The notes below the pieces were generated by a model, which ran no database searches, was not told the DNA's origin, and saw nothing but the letters and a program-made list of their open reading frames with translations. 64,000 nt of DNA from the NCBI RefSeq assembly GCF_001949145.1, contig NW_019091359.1:62001-126000 (forward strand), given 5' to 3'. Positions 60,001-64,000 of the stretch are shown piece after piece. The translations under genes and the position numbers were made by a program. How positions within the stretch are numbered: the first letter of the stretch is position 1; every line of letters starts with the position of its first letter. Source of the stretch: Acanthaster planci (lineage: Eukaryota).

Positions 60001-63000
60001 CCAGATGTTGCCGCCAAAAATGCACTCGTCAAATCTTTGATAGTCATTAATATCACACTACATCAATTGCAAGTCTCCTTTTGAAACCGCCCTTTGATTA
60101 AAAATCCAACAAGTTTGGTTATAGAAAAGAGCAGTTTACCGAGTGATGAAGGGATTTGGACGGTTTCCTTTGAAGTTTGTCTTGAATGGGATTTCGTAAT
60201 CATTGGTTCATCTGCAAACCTGGTGAACATACAAGATCTGGCTTCTTTAAAGGGTGCCGTGTGTGTCGGAGAGACCGACTTTTTTTGTGAATATTTTGGA
60301 GGAGGTTAGAAAAACCGAGGTGCATGTTGGAGTACCAAAGTTGACCAGGGCTCTTTGTGTCATGTTGTAAGTGCAAAGTATAGACACAGAGTGGGAAACC
60401 ATGAAATTGCTTCATCTCCATATGCTGCATTGAATAATTTTGCCGATCTGCATTGTGGTTTGTCTTTTGTTTTTAGTAAGTTGTGGCTATGTGGTAATCT
60501 GTCAGAACTGTCGTCCATTTGTAAAAGGTATGTCAAAAATCAGGCCGAATTGGGTACAGCTAGGGATGGAAGAAGCAGTTGACAATGACCTGCGTCTGAT
60601 TTTCATCCCTTTTGACTTCTGGGATTTTTCTTATTTGTTTGATGTTTTAAAAGTCCTTTTTCAAAAGACCCAATTAAAAAAAGGTAACATTTGACATAGC
60701 AAGTGGTGTATTTGACAAATATTGCACTTCCCAAATCTGACGTATTACCCACATTTTCCCGATTCTGACATACTACGTCAAATATATCATGTACAAAATG
60801 TGAACTGTATCCTACATTTTAGGTCATCTCAATGGCATTAAACAACAGTGGTAAAATAAATGAACATTGGAGTTTCCTTAAGAAGGGAGTATTTGTACTC
60901 CCGTTAGTCAACTGTTCAATTTGTCCTTCCAAAAAGGTATTAAGCTTGAAAAGATTCACAATTGAAATTGGTCATTCGATTTCCACTCTCTACTTATGTT
61001 TTGTCTCATCTCTGAATGATACAATTGTTCACTAATTGTATTCCATCCATATTAACTTCTTGCTTTGATCTTATTGATTGACGGAGTGAGTGTACATTAC
61101 TTCCCGTATGCATGCAAAATCAAGCAGTCTTGAAGAGCAGTACATATGTTTTCAGGTATCGCCATGAATTTTTGTAGTATGTCACCGTTTCACAGCATTT
61201 TGAATGGGTCCTAGCTTTCACCCTTGACTTTGGACTTGTGTGTACTGGTATTTATCATGCTTTCTGGATATTTACAGAATTAAAAGACGATAACACTTGA
61301 TCAGCAACTACTTCTTGGCATTCTGATCTGCTTGTTTCAGAAATGTTTCTGTGAGTTGAGTTCTGAGATCACTCTCACAAAAGTGTACATATACTTGTTT
61401 TGAATGAAAGGAACCCGGAATTAAGAATTTTGTACACTTGACATTTTAGATGCATGTAGCTCATCCCGTTAAAAGCACTTCCCAGAAATGAGAAGAGTGT
61501 CCTTTTAACATATTAAAGGTTGCACATCTTTACATGTAGAGCCATGATTCTTCATGGCTAAAAGTGTCTCGCCCTGGAGTTGGATCATTTACAAATCCTG
61601 AAATGTTGAACAGCATAGTGTAATACTTATTACTATAAATCAACGTTTCCTTTCAAATGCTGCTCTAAAGACAACAGACTGCGAAAATTCATTAGATTGG
61701 ATAAAATAAGACTTTTCCCAAAATTACAATGCATTACATGATTTTATCACACCCATCTGACCTTCACTCTTGTCTCCAAAAAGATAAAGGCAGAAACTTG
61801 TGTGAATATACATGTTCAAACACACACACACGCAGTCTGTTGTTTGCATAGGTTGCACATTAGCTCGGTTCAAGCGTTATTAAAAAAATCGACTCTAAAT
61901 GCAGAAAGTTATTTAAAGTATCGGGCTGATACAAGTCGATCTTTATTAACCATTTGTAATATACACTCTACCAAGATCTCTTGAAATAGTCAAGATTTCT
62001 GAGTCAATACTTTGAACATTCAACCGCATGTCTTTGCCAGCCCACTTCAAACACCCGACTTTGCATAATGAACAAGAGTGCGTGACGACCAACCAGGCAA
62101 GATGTAGACAAAACCAACCGTTTGCAATGGAGCGTGAATGGAATTACATTCAAGTGTGTGTTACTGTGCGCAGTAGTATCGAAGACACCAAGCACGTCAC
62201 GGTCTGATACACACCGTGGTGTAATCCTGCTAGTGTGACTATAGGATCACACTGCGTAAGACTCAAAAGTTTCTTTGAAGGCATTACCCTGACACGGTCA
62301 GTGAACTTGATACGCTCTGTAAGCACACCTGACTACACTCACACAAATTAGTAAACCAACTTTGTTACCGTGTAACGGCCTATGTAACACATTAGTACCT
62401 CCCACACACCGAGCCTTCAGTAGTCTATACAAGCTCCAGTCATTCTTGAGATGACTGAGGCTAATTCCTGTATGATGGGCTAGGTTTTCTCACGGTCAGT
62501 CACACGTCCAACTCCTCTTCCAGGATGATGGAGAATGATTACGCAGGGTAAACCAAAAGTCATTGAAATCCATCCATGACATTGATTACTGTGTTCTTTA
62601 GGCTTAGAGGGGGAAAACCCAGTTGAAACAGAAACATCTCCACAAAGAAACCACTCAAAAGATAAATTTCAATAGACGTACCACACTATAGAGGGATTTC
62701 GCATTAGCGCCGTCTGCGGATATCCGCATCGAAACCGCCCGTGGAGTGGACTCAGTACATGCAGAATCCGGTTCGTATGAGTGTGACGCCACTTCAGTCT
62801 AAACCATGCCCACTGCACATGCTGATACACGACCATGGCAGGTACGTTTCGCCATGGTTCTAAAGATGCAACAGCGTCTTTAGAACCTTCCTATGGTTTT
62901 ACAGCACAAATATGCACGAGTGCCCACAATCACTCTCTTGCATGTGTTTCTATATGGAATACAAACATGCACAGGTTCAGTGTGTACACAGTTGGTTGCC

Positions 63001-63276
63001 AGCACAAAATGACCCAGGGTCTTTTGTGCAGTCCTCTTCACTGCATTTGGTTTACTGCACAATTATGCACATGAAACAGTGAAGCACAGTTGTTGGGCAG
63101 CACAAAAGTGCAATCTGATCTTCCTGTGAGGGACAGTTGGTGCAGTGCACAATATGACACAGCTGTGCATCTTTGTGCTGTTTACCAACTGACCCAAAGG
63201 AGGGTCAGGACCCAAAGAGTGACTTCAGGAGGGATGGCTGAGGAGAATTCAAATTGTTATGTTCGCGTGACTTTAA

Positions 63277-63845
63277 TCACTTGCCGCCAAGGATTTCGGT
63301 TTTGGACATGTATTCTTTATACGCGCGGCAAGAGTCTCCGAAACGGACAAAGGGAACTGGGCCTTGTAACAAAAGATGCATACTCGTAACAAAAGACCAG
63401 GCTGCTGGGAATTACCAATATTTTTTCATTCTCAATAGTGGAGATAATCCACTCTTGTTTTGAAACTGTACACCATGGTTTGGGGCATTCAGTGCGAGCG
63501 GATTACCACCGGGGACAAAAGCGCTGCACCACCGCAGCGATGAGCCACACAACAACGCTGCACGCTAATCTGGACCCTATCGAAAAGAGGTCAGCAGCGC
63601 ACTGTGCCAGTTTCATGAAAAAAGAAAATTATGCAACACTGCACAATCTGGGCTTTCTTTTCAAGGCAGCAGGCCTGGCTGAAATACTTGGGCGTCAATA
63701 GATGTTGCCTGTCAGATTAGAGTAGCCACCAGACAGTCATTCGTGTGGGTGTAAGTGTCCAGTAAATGAAGATAGGAATTTGTAAAGAATTTTGAAATCA
63801 GAAAAAAATGAAAATTATCCCGTCCAAGCATCATCAACATAAGGA
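63277..63845. mobile_element. MITE family A, third copy (3' TIR missing)
   Basis: TTAA|TCACTTGCCGCC; GCGGATTACCACCGGGGACAAAAGCGCT is shared with 19811-19838. Confidence 0.85.
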
Positions 63846-64000
63846 AAGAGGTCCAGACATCCTATTTTAAGTTTCAAAGGTTTGGTTTAGTGGTAGGAGA
63901 TTAGATGTCCCTAACCACATGAAAAATTGGCAATGGGCGCTTTGTCTTAACATCTGCTTGCAAGTCCCAGTCCATGCAAAAATACTATTCTGTACTTTTC

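Overview
Eukaryotic DNA from an intron-rich, TE-rich invertebrate-type draft assembly (four N-gaps, probable haplotype duplications); not prokaryotic. I saw no CRISPR arrays, rRNA or genuine tRNA genes. From left to right: (1) a decayed but structurally complete Ty3/Gypsy LTR retrotransposon (~695-6810; LTR pair, tRNA-Leu-type PBS, PR-RT-RH-INT); (2) a four-exon, GT-AG-spliced remnant of a Chapaev/Transib/RAG1-related DDE transposase on the minus strand (9198-7113), which the ORF track shows only as disconnected pieces; (3) a minisatellite and a ~1.3-1.8 kb near-tandem duplication bounded by single Ns; (4) a complete 5-exon RNF185/RNF5-family RING E3 ligase gene on the minus strand (CDS 31344-21046, ~223 aa) with an intronic LINE fragment; (5) divergently, a complete 17-coding-exon EIF4ENIF1 (4E-T) gene on the plus strand (CDS 42461-57094, ~1338 aa) whose canonical eIF4E-binding motif reads YDADALH. 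Many MITEs (TTAA- and TA-flanked) and tRNA-derived SINE fragments fill the introns. Gene models were spliced by hand and phase-checked. Family assignments come from remembered motifs, not database searches.
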